From: Glycera tridactyla
Lineage: Eukaryota
Length of the DNA: 64,000 bases
Assembly (NCBI GenBank): GCA_965644265.1
Contig: OZ286469.1
Location: 58,776,001-58,840,000, forward strand
Reading direction: 5' to 3'
Notes under the pieces: generated by a model
What the model was told of the DNA's origin: nothing
What the model saw: only the letters and a program-made list of their open reading frames with translations
Databases searched by the model: none
Shown here: positions 1-12,705 of the stretch, in pieces
How positions within the stretch are numbered: the stretch's first letter is position 1
Layout of the letters: the number at the start of each line of letters is the position of its first letter
Program-made: the position numbers and the translations under genes

Positions 1-689
1 CGGCCATCTGTATTTTTCGCATTGGTGCTTGCTACGAAACAATTCATTATGATTGTGATTATGACGTGTATACCCAGACATAGTGTTCGGTGAATGCTGT
101 CTGTGCCCATCTAGGAATGTATATCATTATTTTGCAACAATGCATATACTGATCCCACAGCATGTAACGTATGGTGCCCTAATATCGTCACCACCTTTAT
201 TCTGCACTTTGTGGTCATTTCTGTGTCCATTGTAAGTCGGGTGTCACACATTTACATATAAATTTCATCTCTTTTGAAGAGATTGCTTCGAAAAGCAGCC
301 TTTTATCCATCATAGGAGCGACTTGACAGCTTGTCAAAGTTAGAAAGTCAAATGTGACGATATTTGGACCCCAGGTACATATTATCGTCATGGAGGGAGT
401 CCTAATTACGTCAAGGGGCCATAATATCGTCAGCTATTTTAAAAAGGGTGTCCTAATTGCGTCACTATGTGTATATTTGTCGCCAGAGCATTAAATTTGG
501 GCAAAATTCAATTTTCTGGTCACCCAATTCGCATAATTATTCCATAGACTAAAAACTATCTCACTACAATATGCACAAGTTATTCTGGCATATATGTTGA
601 CCGATTGAACACACATTTTACCCCACTAACTGAACATCTGCGCACAATATGAAAATCACAATCCCAAAGGCTATCTTATGGAATAATAT

Positions 690-1410
690 GAATTATTACT
701 ATCATTTGAGTGTTTTTCTTCTGAGAAAGAATGGAGGATGTAGCACACTCATGTCCCTCTTTGATGAGCTTGACTTCATTATTCAAGGATCGGAACTACT
801 TGAACAGAAAGGCCCTAGGATATGTGAATACTTAGATGATCGTTTCATCAAAATTAGTTCAAAGGATGTTTCGCTAAACAGCATCAAAGTCATCAAGGTC
901 ATTATCAAAACCATTTCTCACATCGTATATCCCAAGATCCTAACAATCAGGAGGTAACTTTCGTTATAGAGGACCAGCTGCATGGAACTTTCTGTGGGTG
1001 AATATGAGGAGTTTGACAGTATGGAAAGCAAGTCATACAGAGAACGCCTGCAAAAGCTCATTTTTAATTTCCAATCAGGTCAATGTCAAGTGTTGTTGTA
1101 TTTTCAGCTTGAAATATCTTTGAAAATGAAATCATATCTTCAGATGACTCCAAGATCTTTCTGCAATTTGCCACTATTCAACATACATAGATGTGCCGGT
1201 TAATATTGTGATATTCTTGTAGATTCTCTTCTTACTTGCTTTTATAAGTCATACCATACTAACACACATCTCATTTCATCTGATATGGCACGATTATATT
1301 TTTCTTTGTATGTATTTTGACAGCGTGGGAACACTCTGTTCATTGGAATATCAGCTATTCATATGTTTTGTACAAGACGAATTCAAATAAAAAAATAACA
1401 AACAAACATC
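690..1410 (+). mobile_element. Decayed 3' fragment of an L2/Crack-type LINE
   Basis: Bases ~955-995 read NFRYRGPAAWNFL, like the SFxYxG..WNxLP end of L2/Crack RT. An AT-rich UTR follows, ending in AATAAAAAAAATAACAAACAAACA at ~1386-1410. Confidence 0.45.
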
Positions 1411-2339
1411 AAACATACATTTCATTATTATAAGTGTTGACAAGGCTCTCATAGCAGGGAATTGTTGAAGCAGCAACTGCGAGCTATTCAGGATAGGGGA
1501 TGGGGTGGGCTTGACTGACTGGAAAGCACTTTTATCAATTTGTCCATTTTATCTATTTTATGACAGCTGTCTTCGCCTGAATAGATAGTTTTCCCTAATG
1601 TCTACACAGCCGAAAAATATCCTGGAATTCATTTTTCTCCATCAAAGATGGGCGTACATTTAGTGCATTGAAACTACTGAAAACATCAAAAAAGTCAAGA
1701 AAGCCACTACTGAAAATGACCCGGAACTAATGAAATCTGAGTAGGGCCCTAATGAACAGCGTGTCTCAAGGTTGGCAGGTATGCCAATTTCCACAGTCTG
1801 AAAAGCGAAAATGTATGCTTATGGTGACTATCCCGTCATTGAATACCCGACAAGTCAGAAGCAACATCATTATAGGGGAAAAGATTGATATGTAATCACA
1901 GAAGAAAACAAGATTGAACAATCTAAATAGTCTCTTTTGACAGTAACTCTGAACTTTATAGGAAGCATATTTGTTCCACTCACAGGTAGCAAGACATTCT
2001 TTGCCATGGTTTAGTTTGACATGTGATCCATCGACTCCACATACTTGGGTGAAGACAAAAAGGCAAACAGTCACCAATTCGAAGTTTCTGCAAAACACAG
2101 AGAGACAATAACACAGGGGTATCAAGTAGACATATGAGGCTTTCAAAAATTACATTAGAACCAACAAAATGCGCAGAATAGATAAGGTGGATTGCACTGA
2201 GTATTTTCAAAAACTGTCTTGACAATTGCAGGGAAGTGTTGCTTTGAAGCCCACGACTCACTTCCCAACATTTTCACCTGATGCATCGACTTTCACAACT
2301 CGGATTTCAAGGTCCTGGAGATTCCTACATCCAGTGGCT

Positions 2340-2890
2340 GTAAGATATCCGCAAGATTTGATGGGAGGCACAGTAGAATGGCATCATTTGCCAGTGCCAG
2401 ATCAATGTGTTTTGATACACCTGAGAGCAACATTCTGAAATGTCTTTAGATTGACGCTTTCCCGTTGAGATGAACAATTAAAGGTGATGTCAACATAATC
2501 AAATAGTGGTAAAATCAAAGATTTAAACAACAGGATAGCTGTGTCAAGATTCAGAACAGTTCGCAGATGTCCCAAGACACCGATCTGTTTTCGACTGAAT
2601 GTGTGCTACATGGTGTTTAAGACTTAGCACGAGATCCAGACAGACCCCTAGATTTTCATGCAGTCTACTTTTTTGAGTTTAACATCAGATACTTTCGAGT
2701 CTATTTCTGTAAATTTTCTTAGATAGTGAGGAAGACCGAACATCATATAATGTGTCTTCTTAAGATTCAAGGACAGTCTATTCATCTGCATCCAAGTCAT
2801 AACAGATTGGAGTATACTATTCAGTTTGCCAGTCATTTGTTCCATTGAGTCTGACGATATCAGGGGCACCTCACATTGATGGCTCCTAAA
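2340..2890 (-). pseudogene. Degenerate LINE RT C-terminal fragment, related to the 5.1-8.1 kb LINE
   Basis: ORF 2648-2905 (KLNSILQSVMTWMQMNRLSLNLKKTHYMMFG), then LGVCLDLVLSLKHHVAHIQSKT and LFKSLILPLFDYVDI...FQNVALRCI, align by eye to the large LINE RT C-terminus, with frameshifts. Confidence 0.8.
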
Positions 2891-2911
2891 TTCGTCATTT
2901 GCCATCTTTTA

Positions 2912-3274
2912 GGGGTCCATATATCGTCATTTCACAGGACCATGGAATTCTCACAATTACAGATCCTCAACATCTGACTATTATAGTTGATAATGGAGGT
3001 GTTGAGGAATGTATTGTTAAGTTGATTATACACAAGGGAACCAACAGAATCGAGAGAAACAATGCGCAAGTAGAGGGTAACAAAAATGCTACGTTTTCAG
3101 GGTCTTCAACTTTGACACGTCATATCTCAAGCATATTTCTCCTCATTTATAGGGTGTTTATTATGAAAATCAAGGGAATTTTCTATACTTTCAGAAAAAA
3201 ATAACATGCATGCAACATGTTGAGATCCCGGTTGATACGGGAGCATCAAATTTTCATGACGATATTAGGACCCT
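2912..3274. mobile_element. MITE-like element with ~18-bp inverted ends
   Basis: GGGTCCATATATCGTCAT (~2912) versus ATGACGATATTAGGACCC (~3256-3274), 16/18 complementary. The same ATATCGTCA motif recurs several times at 176-470. Confidence 0.4.
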
Positions 3275-4144
3275 GCCGATATTAAGGGACCTTACGTTAC
3301 GACTAGCTTGTGTGAGAAACGACAGTAACCTTGGAAACCCGCCGTATTATCACTTGTTTTATCTGTCTGTATTTTGTTTCTGTATCACGTTCCCAGTGTG
3401 TATCTTGCATTTATGTACCTGTGTATATGCGTTGTAATGTTTGATGAGATGGAAATGAGGAAGTTTTTTTTCTCATCTTCAACAATAAAATTCGTAAAAC
3501 TCTTGAAACTCATAGCACAAAGAGTGACGGGGGAGGGTGGAAGAGAGAGAGAGGGGGGGGGGGGGGGGGTGTCCACCTGTCTGAATGGATCACAGTGGGT
3601 CAGAGGTGGCCATTATAGACAGATTTAGTTAGAAAGTCAAACATGTACAATAAGACCACCTTTGGCCGTATGGGAATTGGTCTTTATAAAGAGGTTGTTC
3701 ACTGTAGAAAGTATTATAACGGTCTTGGGTAGGTACATATCTTATTATCTTCCTCTGAGTACAAAAATGCATGGAGATTGGGTCCAATGAATGACATCCC
3801 ACTTGGTGATCCTGCAATGTGACCTCAGAAAGCCCTCATTATGTACTTACGTGGGGCTTATTTTGTATGAGCAATGGCACCATTCAAAGAAGTTGCAATG
3901 TTCAGTAATCGGCACCAAAAACGGAGCTCCGATGATCATTCGCTCAATTTCAATGATGGATAGAAATGTTTGGAAACATCAGAATAGATACAAGTACCAC
4001 AAAGATCAGTTCACATTGATGGAATGTTCATGGCAGTGTTCAGATGGTGTCCATTTCGCAAAATAAATCGACGAAGATAGCATAAGAGAATGTGTAGGCA
4101 GATTGCATTTACGCGAAGGTGATCCTTGCATAGATTTGGTTATA

Positions 4145-4321
4145 CAGTCGAACCTCTCTATAAAGACCGCCTTCGGTCGCATCAAAAAGTGGTCTTTATG
4201 AGGAGGTGGTCTTTATAGGAGGTCATTTACTGTTGAAAATACTACCATGGTCGCAGATCAGGGTGGTCTTTATAGGAAGGTGGTCTTTATAGAGAGGTGG
4301 TCTTTAGAGGAGGTTCGACTG
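4145..4321. mobile_element. Tc1/mariner(pogo)-type MITE, 177 bp
   Basis: TIR CAGTCGAACCTC...GAGGTTCGACTG, flanked by TA on both sides; internal GTGGTCTTTAT repeats. Confidence 0.9.
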
Positions 4322-4525
4322 TACTCTCAGTTGATCATACTTCATATTCAGCTGGTAGGTCTTTGTATGGAGGAGGTCTCTCGAGCAGGTCCGACTGCAC
4401 TTTCAGTTGAGAGCATGTCATATTCGAAAGATAGGTTTTTGTGTGAGGGTGGTATCTCGAGCAGGCCATGCTGTACTCTGTTGAGTATACGTCATAGTGG
4501 GAAGAATTGGTCTTTGTATGGAGGT
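4322..4525. repeat. Decayed tandem copies of the MITE right end
   Basis: GGTCTTTGTATGGAGGAGGTCTCTCGAGCAGGTCCGACTG-like units recur 2-3 times directly after the MITE. Confidence 0.55.
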
Positions 4526-4529
4526 TTGT

Positions 4530-7500
4530 TTTTGTTTTTAACAGTTTATTTAAATTCGTTATTTACAATTACGTGCACAAGGCAAACATCTTCAGGATGA
4601 CGACATGAGTAACACACAATCAAATACGAAATGATGGATGGATGTTGAATATTTACAGATGGAAGATGGATGAGATGAGATGACGATATGAGGATGGATG
4701 AGTTTGACCCTTATGTATGCTCTTGTCTTAAATTGTATATAACATTGATAGTAGGACGATTAAATGCTTACAAAAACAATCCATTACCTCAGAAATTTTG
4801 TTTCACAGGATAATTTCTACGTGCAATATCAAGATGCGATTTCAGATAATTCGTTGTTACAGAAGTCACAGAAACTGAGCACTATAAATCAACAAGGTCA
4901 ATATAGTCAATATAATCAATGAAATCATTCTGGTCAATATAGTAAAATGGCAAAATAGCAAAATAGCAATATGGTAAAATGGTAAAATGGCAGATGGCAA
5001 AATGGCAAAAATGGCAATGTGGCAAAGGGGCAACGAAATCTTCAGGAATTTGTGGTGACATTATATCATGGTGACATTATTTCAAGAATCTCAGTTCCTT
5101 CATGAATTTCTTGAAGGCCTCCATATCAAGGTCAGAGCTCTCTGGGTACAAAGTGATGTGAGCATTCCACGAAATTGCTGCTTGGACTCTGAAATTTCTC
5201 TCGCTCATGCTATATTCCACTTTATGATGACGGATATATGATTTTGACCTTGATCTAGTATTATAAAGATGGTCAAAGTCTGCGATTTCACAAATTGGTT
5301 AAGAGGTGAAACTTCCAGATAGCTCTTTCTTGACGTGAAGGATTTCATGTTCACATCTCCTTTCTTTTAGGGTCTGAACCCTCAAATCAGAATGTAGGCG
5401 AGCGGTGCTATACCTTTTAGGACGTTTGTCAATATATCGTAATGCCAAGTTTTGTAGTTTTTGTAGTTTGAATGCATCCCGCTGTCCTAGGCTATCGGAA
5501 ACGATATCCCCATAATCAAAGAGTGGGAGAACCAGGGTTTTGTATAACATCAAGGATAACTCTTTGCTCACCATGGGACGCAATCGTCCTAGGACCCCTA
5601 TTTTGCCGATTGTCTTACTACGAATATGCGCAACATGGTATTTGAAACTCAGGACCGGGTCAAGTACAATTCCAAGATATTTTATAGATACGGGTCTGCT
5701 CAAGGGGGTACCATCTGATGCAACATTTATAGCAGTATAGTTCCTCACATGATGGGACTGACCAAAAACCATATTTGATGTCTTTTTCAAATTAAGTGAG
5801 AGGTGGTTCATACACATCCATGAAGATACTGACCCTAACAGCACATTTAGTTTGGTCTCAAGCGAGATCGGACATGTTTCAGATATGCTGATGGCTGTGT
5901 CGTCAGCGTATAATTTTGTGGACAATCCCAGGGTAAGGGTCACTTCGTCCGGTGTGGCGTTCCTCAAGAAATGATGCTGGTCATTTATATACATGCTAAA
6001 CAGTAATGGGCCTAAGATTGAACCTTGAGGAACGCCGCACCTGACCGCTAGTTTGGTAGATGTGTGTGATGCAACTCTCGTTTCACAGTACCTGTTTCTC
6101 AGGTAGTTACCTACCCACATACATGTCACTCGATCCAATCCGTAACAAGACAGTTTCCTTAGTAGGAGCACATGGTCTACCGTGTCGAAGGCCTTTTTCA
6201 AGTCAAGAAAGATCGTTCCAGTGACACTCCCCCACTCGACCCCCTGGTAAATATTATCAAAGAACTCGAGCAGGCAAGTGCCAGTGGAACGACCCTTCCT
6301 AAAGCCAGACTGCTCCCGACACAGCAGACACATGCGCTCAATATACCCATACAGTTGTTCATGAACAATTCTCTCTAATAATTTACTAGTGGAGGAGAGA
6401 AGACTGATCGGTCTGCAATTACTGGGGGAAGCATGGTTGCCTTCCTTAAATAGTGGTACAACAGTCGCTGTTTTCCATAAATTAGGAAAGATACCTTCAC
6501 TAATACTTCTGTTAAATAGGTATAGAAATATAGGAGCTAGACTGCGTCTACATTTTGAGATAACTTTGGAAGGCGAACCATCCTCACGTCCAGATTTGTT
6601 GGTATTCATTCTCTCAATGGATTCTGGCACAATACACAAATCTACTGTTTCGAAGGCAAATGTATCACATAAAGCAAAGGGGAAATCAGTTAGCGGATCA
6701 ATACTAGATGCAGGGATTGTACTTGCTAATTTGGTACTGACAGAGGCGAAATGCTCATCCATTAATTCTGGAATGAGCACAGGTTCAGTCGTGTCATTGA
6801 TTTTATTGATTGCAGAAGTTGAGTTGTTACCTTTCCGGAAATAGCAAATAGTTTTCCAAATCGATTTGCTGTCTGACCCTGCTTCTTTCAACTTGTCTTC
6901 AACATATGTCTTTTGTAAATGTGATTCTAGATTAGAAGTTTGTCTTAATAGATTCTTTTTTACAGCCTCATTTTCTGACGATGGACCCAGTCTAAAGTTA
7001 TTACTAGCCGTTTCCCACTCGCATACCAAATCCAAGTACTCTCCCGTTATCCAGTCAGGGGCTCCCTCACGAACTGTGTATCTTTTGATTGGGATACATT
7101 TGTCAGCAATTTCACATATTTTTGAAAAAGCATCCTCTGTGCACTGGTTCAGATCATGTGTATCATCTAGGTAAATTGACCAATCAACTCCATCCAGTTC
7201 ACGTTCTATTTCTTCAAAATCTGTCTTTTTAAAATTACGCAGGAAAAGATACTTCCCTTTATTCGAGTGTCTAGCCTTTTTGCGTGTAGTGAATATTAGG
7301 GCATGATCTGAAAGACCTAAGTCGACAGCACCTGCAATTCTATAATTGGATGGATTCGAGATATAAATATGGTCTATGTTTGAACTACATGTGGCAGTGA
7401 CTCTGGTCGGGACCTCAATGAGCTGTTTCAGTTGGTTTGCAGAACTAAATTCATTCACTATGGTTTTTGATGTGCCTCGTTTTGAGATGTCTAGATTATC

Positions 7501-8200
7501 ATCACCAAGTATCACTATGTCGCTGCAACCAATATTGGTGATATCTAGAATTTTATTTTCTAAAATCTCAATTGCGTTGCGTGCATTGCCAGAAGGAGGG
7601 CGATACATTCCGCATATATATGTAGGTCTTGTATGTGGTAAATGTAATTTCATCCATAGGCATTCTATGTCACTGTTACTCAAAGACCACTCCTACATTG
7701 TCTCGTGGACTCGGTCTTCTCCATAATATATCATGAGGCCATCTCCTCCTCTATTTCCACTCCCGCCATCACGATCAAGACGCTCAAAGTTGTATCCAGG
7801 GATTTGTAACTCTGCATTCGAAATGGAATAGTTTAGGAACGTTTCTCCCAGGATTAAAATGATAAGGCCACTTTCTCTGAGCAATAATTCAATGTCGCTA
7901 ATTTTTTGAGTAATACTTCTGATGTTCAGGTAGCCGATACTGATGCCATTTAAAAGTTTCAGATCTTTTGAATTTTTTACATTATTGGCGGTCGCTGGAG
8001 TAATGCGTGGCATATTTCGTGGGAGGCGATGGGTTCTGGGAACAGATGCGTTAACTGGATTGAGTTGGTTGGTCGTGCGAACATACTCAGGGTCTGATGA
8101 TGATGAGTGATGAGATGAATGCATGAAAAATAAGCTGACTTAGTCAGCAGCACAAGAAAATAACAGTAATAATTACAAGAAAAAACAGATTAAATTAAAC
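4530..8200 (-). mobile_element. Non-LTR retrotransposon, CR1 group (L2/Crack/Daphne-like)
   Basis: APE+RT ORF2; 3' UTR with 8-bp GGCAAAAT repeats (4940-5030); minus-strand AATAAA near 4545-4550 followed by an A-rich tail. Confidence 0.85.
5299..8124 (-). pseudogene. LINE ORF2 (APE endonuclease + reverse transcriptase) with one in-frame TAG
   Basis: APE motifs YLNIRSI, LGETFL, GMYRPPS, ILGDDN, SNIDHIY, SDHALI. RT motifs FLDLKKAFDTVDH, GVPQGSILGPLLF, YADDT, KYLGIVLD. ORFs 7693-8124 and 5299-7683 are in one frame, separated by TAG at 7693-7695 (HETM*EWSLSNSDIECLW). The C-terminus continues frameshifted to ~5085. Confidence 0.95.
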
Positions 8201-8856
8201 GTATTTGCTAAATTGAGCAACTAAGGTAGCTTTTGACAAATTTTTAGACATGGCCTTTCGTTACTAAGTCTAAGTCATAGGTTAGTTGGTTTCACTTTCA
8301 AATTGAAAATGCACAACATAAAACAAATATTTTTTGAATACTGATCTGTGTATCCTTTGCAGTACTTCCTGCGCGTGTTCAATTCATCTAAATCACCTTT
8401 GATGTATCCGTAGATATGATGCAGTGCAACCTGTGGGCGGGCAACATTGATCAGTCAGGTATCCAAGTTCGCGAGAACAGCCTATTATGATCTCACGCTC
8501 CCACACACAGGTTGCACCACACCCACCCCAAGGCATACGAATCGGTTTGAAATAAAATAAAATAAAATAAAATTAGAATTTGGACCAGTCTGATCAGCAA
8601 CATCCAGGACAAGTGGCGTTCATTTCAATGAGTTCACAGTATTACTCAGTTCCGATGTTGAATGGATCAATCGGGTATCCATTAACCAAGGACAGCCTAT
8701 TATGTTCCATTCTTGATTTTTGGTGGAGTAAATTATTTCTACCTGACAATGAGTTACGCCAGTTGTCCTGGGTCAACACATACCACGACGACTGTTTGCA
8801 CCTCTCACTTTAAGTAACCTGGCATACATTCGAGATTCCTGCGACAATCGAAATAT

Positions 8857-9290
8857 TCAATCACCGGAAGTAGAAGGAGTAATAGATGAAGTTGACGTAG
8901 TAGCATTTCTGCGAGTGCGTCTTGACTTGGGCTTCACCAGTTTGTCAGCATTAGATTCTATCCAGTTATCAAGTACAACACCAACAAAGCATGTTACCAA
9001 CATTTCATACCCTGTGTCACTTAGGTGGATTTTATCTTCATTCACGAATCCATACAAGATGAAACCATATCTTCGACGCCTGTTTCCATGTTTGGGTTTC
9101 TTATGGAAGCCCGACAAACTACCCTCATTTTGGTACATTTTATGGTATAACATATGAGTGTGCATGAAGCGGATTGTGCCTGGATAGTCAACATTGCACT
9201 CTGACCTGATGAAGCCATCTATGCTTATTGCAACTTGACGAGTTGGTTTCTCAGGCAAGTTTGCCTGTGCTTTCCAATGACTGTGCGTCA
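8857..9290 (-). pseudogene. SGNH/GDSL esterase-like fragment, possible retroelement ORF1 relic
   Basis: IDGFIRSECNVDYPGTIRFMHTH...FVNEDKIHLSDTGYEMLV resembles SGNH block V (DxxHLsxxGY). Interrupted upstream by a MITE right-end fragment at ~9295-9335. Confidence 0.55.
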
Positions 9291-9699
9291 TATTGGACAG
9301 GTGGGTCTTTGTATGGAGGTGGTCTCTCAAGTGGGTTCGGTTCATTCCACAAATAATCTGACCTGGTAGATTGCCACGATTATGAGACGTTCGGCCCGCC
9401 AATCATATCTAATATTGCTCGAGATTCTTCCTTTCTATAATTAGCATCCACAGTTGCGTCCTGGTGGGAGTACACTGCTTTCCTATTTTTGGCGCTATTA
9501 TTGGATGTCACAATTGTATGTGTTTTGTGTGCACCTGCTGCGAGAGGCCGCCAGTATGTGTGCCTTACTTGCTTTTCTAAAATTACCAGCAATGCTGACT
9601 AGGGTGTGGGTGGCGTTTCCGCTTCCGATCTCATAGTAGTCCAAACCTTGCAATTTGTGGTAACAATCACTTCTCTGCATTTTTGAGCAATCTAGACCA

Positions 9700-10030
9700 T
9701 GTAGTTCAAGAATCCATCAGGTGGTAATGATCACCCACGCTTAGCATTTTCAGAATCCAAGATGGCCGCCAAATCACATATTGGCCATAACTTTTGAACC
9801 ATACCACATAGTATCATCATTTTGGTGCTTAGGATAGGGTTTTAGGGGTCAAAGAATCCATCTCTGGTGTCAGAATAATCATTCAACTACCTTACTTGGT
9901 CCAAATATAAGTCAGTTGATATGATGACTCAAATCAGGAAAACGCTCGTAGCATTTTCGAACTATACCAAAACAAATTTAATTTTCAGTGTCTAGGATAT
10001 GTTTTAGGGGATCATGGAATCCATTTTTTA
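9700..10030. repeat. Interspersed DNA-transposon-like repeat with TCCAAGATGGCCGCC motif
   Basis: TCCAAGATGGCCGCC...GGCCATAACTTTTGAACC and a twice-repeated TAGGATA..GTTTTAGGGG.TCA..GAATCCAT motif (9830 and 9995). Confidence 0.45.
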
Positions 10031-10102
10031 TGTTCAAATATGGATGTATAAGAAAACTGATCATTACCAGATGCTGCAATGTCAGGTGCTGCTGCCACTG
10101 GA

Positions 10103-10135
10103 TCATAAAGTGGACTTCCTCAAACCCCCTCCTTC

Positions 10136-10203
<68 letters not shown>

Positions 10204-11800
10204 TATCATCAGTTGACTTGGTAGTAGTGAATTTGTTCAAACATGACGGGATGGGATTTGGCGACCTGTGCACCCATAGTTCCCCCGCCAGTCGGATCCT
10301 TCTCGCTTCATCGATGTTGTTTCGATGAACTGATCTGACGGAACACCATTCCACAGCCCTTCCATGTGATGGAGAATCTGCTTCCCATGAAGGAACTGCT
10401 GCTCAACTTCAGATGGGAGCCAAGTCCATGAGTGACAGAAGAAAATACCATACTGTGCATAGTTGTGTTTGTGAGCAGCAAAAATGTATGGCAGCATCTT
10501 GTTCATTGTGGTCATCAGGTGGGCATAGTCAGGCTCATGAGTTGTTCAAGTGAACTACATACTGAGCAGTGTGGGCTTATTCACTAGCTCAGTCCAAGCC
10601 ATTGTTGTTCGACCTTAAATAGGGAGACCAGTCAGTAAGTTTTCCAGTCCAGCCATATTGTTCAACTAATAGTTCTCAATGATTAGATGTAGCTGCTCTT
10701 CAGTGAGATGGCTGAGTGCCCAGATATTCTGAGGATATTACTTCTCCTTTAGCATCATGTCCACTGACTTGAAGGTTCCACACAGTATGGTCTTCAGACC
10801 ACTGTTAGCCATGAGTATACCAATGCAGGATACGAAATCCATGAGGAAGTGCATGAATGGGTATCACTTTTTCATGTGATCAGGAGTGGTTAAGAGAATA
10901 TCGACAATGACCTTGTAGATTTGCTGTTCTGCTCTCATGACAAGGTACTCTTGATTTGCTTCTTGAATGATACACAACCCATTGACAATGGCTGTGTTCA
11001 CTGTGTCTGAGTCAGCTAACTTCATATATAGCAAAGGCATGTGGCACACAGCAGATTTGCAGGCGGTTATCATTCCTGCTTCCCTACAGATCCGAGTGTC
11101 GAACCTGTTGTATTCCGGTGTACTTGCTTCCTGAGGCACACTCAATAAGAAGTTGAAATCCAGCTGTCTTGCTCTGTTCAACAAAATTGGTAGTTCAAGT
11201 TCTTCAGATGAGTCCCTCTTCTCCGATAATTCATCATCCAAACATCTTTTGGGACTACAAGTCTCCTGCCTGCAGCCTAGATACGAAAAGTTTTTGGTTG
11301 CCCAGCCACAAGGAATGTCGTAGGATAGTAAATTAAGCCTAGTCCCACTTGGGCGTGGGCTGATGTATATCCTGTGACATTTCTATGTCACTTGTGCTAA
11401 CATACCCACCCAACCCAACCCGTATGTTAGCACTATTACCAGGACTCCATCCTGGACTCCTGGTCGTACCTAGGCTGCAGGCAGGAGACTTGTAGTGCCA
11501 AAAGATGTGTGGATGATGAATTATCGAAGAAGGGGGACTCATGTCATCAAACCGTTAAGTTTAAGTCATATGTTTTTAGGGCATCAGTCAGTGGGGCTAG
11601 GCTTAATTTACTATTGCTGGCACCTTTTCACTCTGGCAGAAGCCAATTCACTCTCCCCGGGAGTCGGGAGAGTGGCTGAATTCGAAGACTGTAAAATACA
11701 GATGCCTAGGAGAGTCTGTTCACCAAGAAGGCCAGCCCTGTATCTTTTGAAGTTATTGTCCAGAAACCGTTTTGACCATTTTGCACTCAGTGACCCTGAC
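10103..11800 (-). pseudogene. Academ-type (AcademX-like) DNA transposase relic
   Basis: Collinear frameshifted segments: FLDNNF...TLLGICILQ; PEYNRFDTRICREAG...MPLLYM...DTVNTA...EQQIYKVIVDIL; MHFLMDFVSCIGILMANSGL; SRTTMAWTELVNKP; MLPYIFAAHKHNYAQYG...GLWNGVPSDQFIETT. These match the motif order I recall for Academ transposases. Confidence 0.75.
10137..10209. repeat. (CAT)n microsatellite inside the transposase relic
   Basis: About 24 near-perfect CAT units. Confidence 0.95.
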
Positions 11801-12429
11801 ATGTGACTTTGTAGCAGTCGGGGTTTCGCTCGTTTATGCCATCACACGTGTCGCCGGTTGACTCACTGCACTGCTCAATATAGCCCATATTGTACCCAAA
11901 AAAAAGGAGAAAAATAACCAAGCAGACCCTAAACTTCACGAGGTGATTTCTTATGCCATCATGGTCTTCACGAAATTGCCATCGGCTGAGCGCTGTCATG
12001 AACACTTTATCGACATGAAATGTCCTTTGTGGTACCTGTAGCTAGTCTGAAGTGTCAAATGAATTCTATCCATCATGGAAATTGTGCGAATGGGCAATTA
12101 AAACAATTCAATCCACTGATCATCTCGTTTTTGGTGCTGATTACCAAACAACACAGTCATTGCTCATACAAAATAGAGTCCTCATGAGATCCCATGATAA
12201 GATCACCACGTGGAATAAGACTCATTCTATTTAATCTTCATTCAATCTTGCCTCCATACCAGAGATAAATCGTATTTGGACAGTTTTTTTTCTACAATTA
12301 GTCGTCAGTTTTCACATGCTATCTCGGCAGATTCGCCTCATTGCATAGATGCAATGAAATCAAGGCGAGACCTTTTAAAAAAACGCGCAGGCTATCCTAA
12401 ATCAGGTTAGATTGTCACTGGAGGTGTCA

Positions 12430-12705
12430 CACAATCCAGTTGAGGCTTCCAAATATTTATCCATACGAGGTGTATATAACTGTGTGTGTGCATGAAGAAT
12501 ACGAGATTATTTATTTAGGATATGAATGTGTGTGAAAGACTAAGAAACCTCATCAATGCCTGTACAAATCCTGTATATATGTTTTTGATGTTCTTACTGT
12601 TATTTCTCGTGTGTGCTGTATAAATCCATCTGGATAATTGCACTTTGTACATTTTCGTTTACTAACGAAAATAAATAAAGTTTATTGAATTGAATTGAAT
12701 TGAAT
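12430..12705 (+). mobile_element. LINE 3' UTR fragment with (ATTGA)n tail
   Basis: AAATAAATAAAG followed by ATTGAATTGAATTGAATTGAAT at 12683-12704. Confidence 0.5.

Noticed and set aside
5540-7726. Plus-strand ORFs overlapping the LINE (and antisense ORFs over the sulfotransferase and transposase)
   Set aside because: Antisense shadows of genuine coding frames.
10014-10354. Poly-His/Ser/Asp ORFs
   Set aside because: Translations of the (CAT)n microsatellite.
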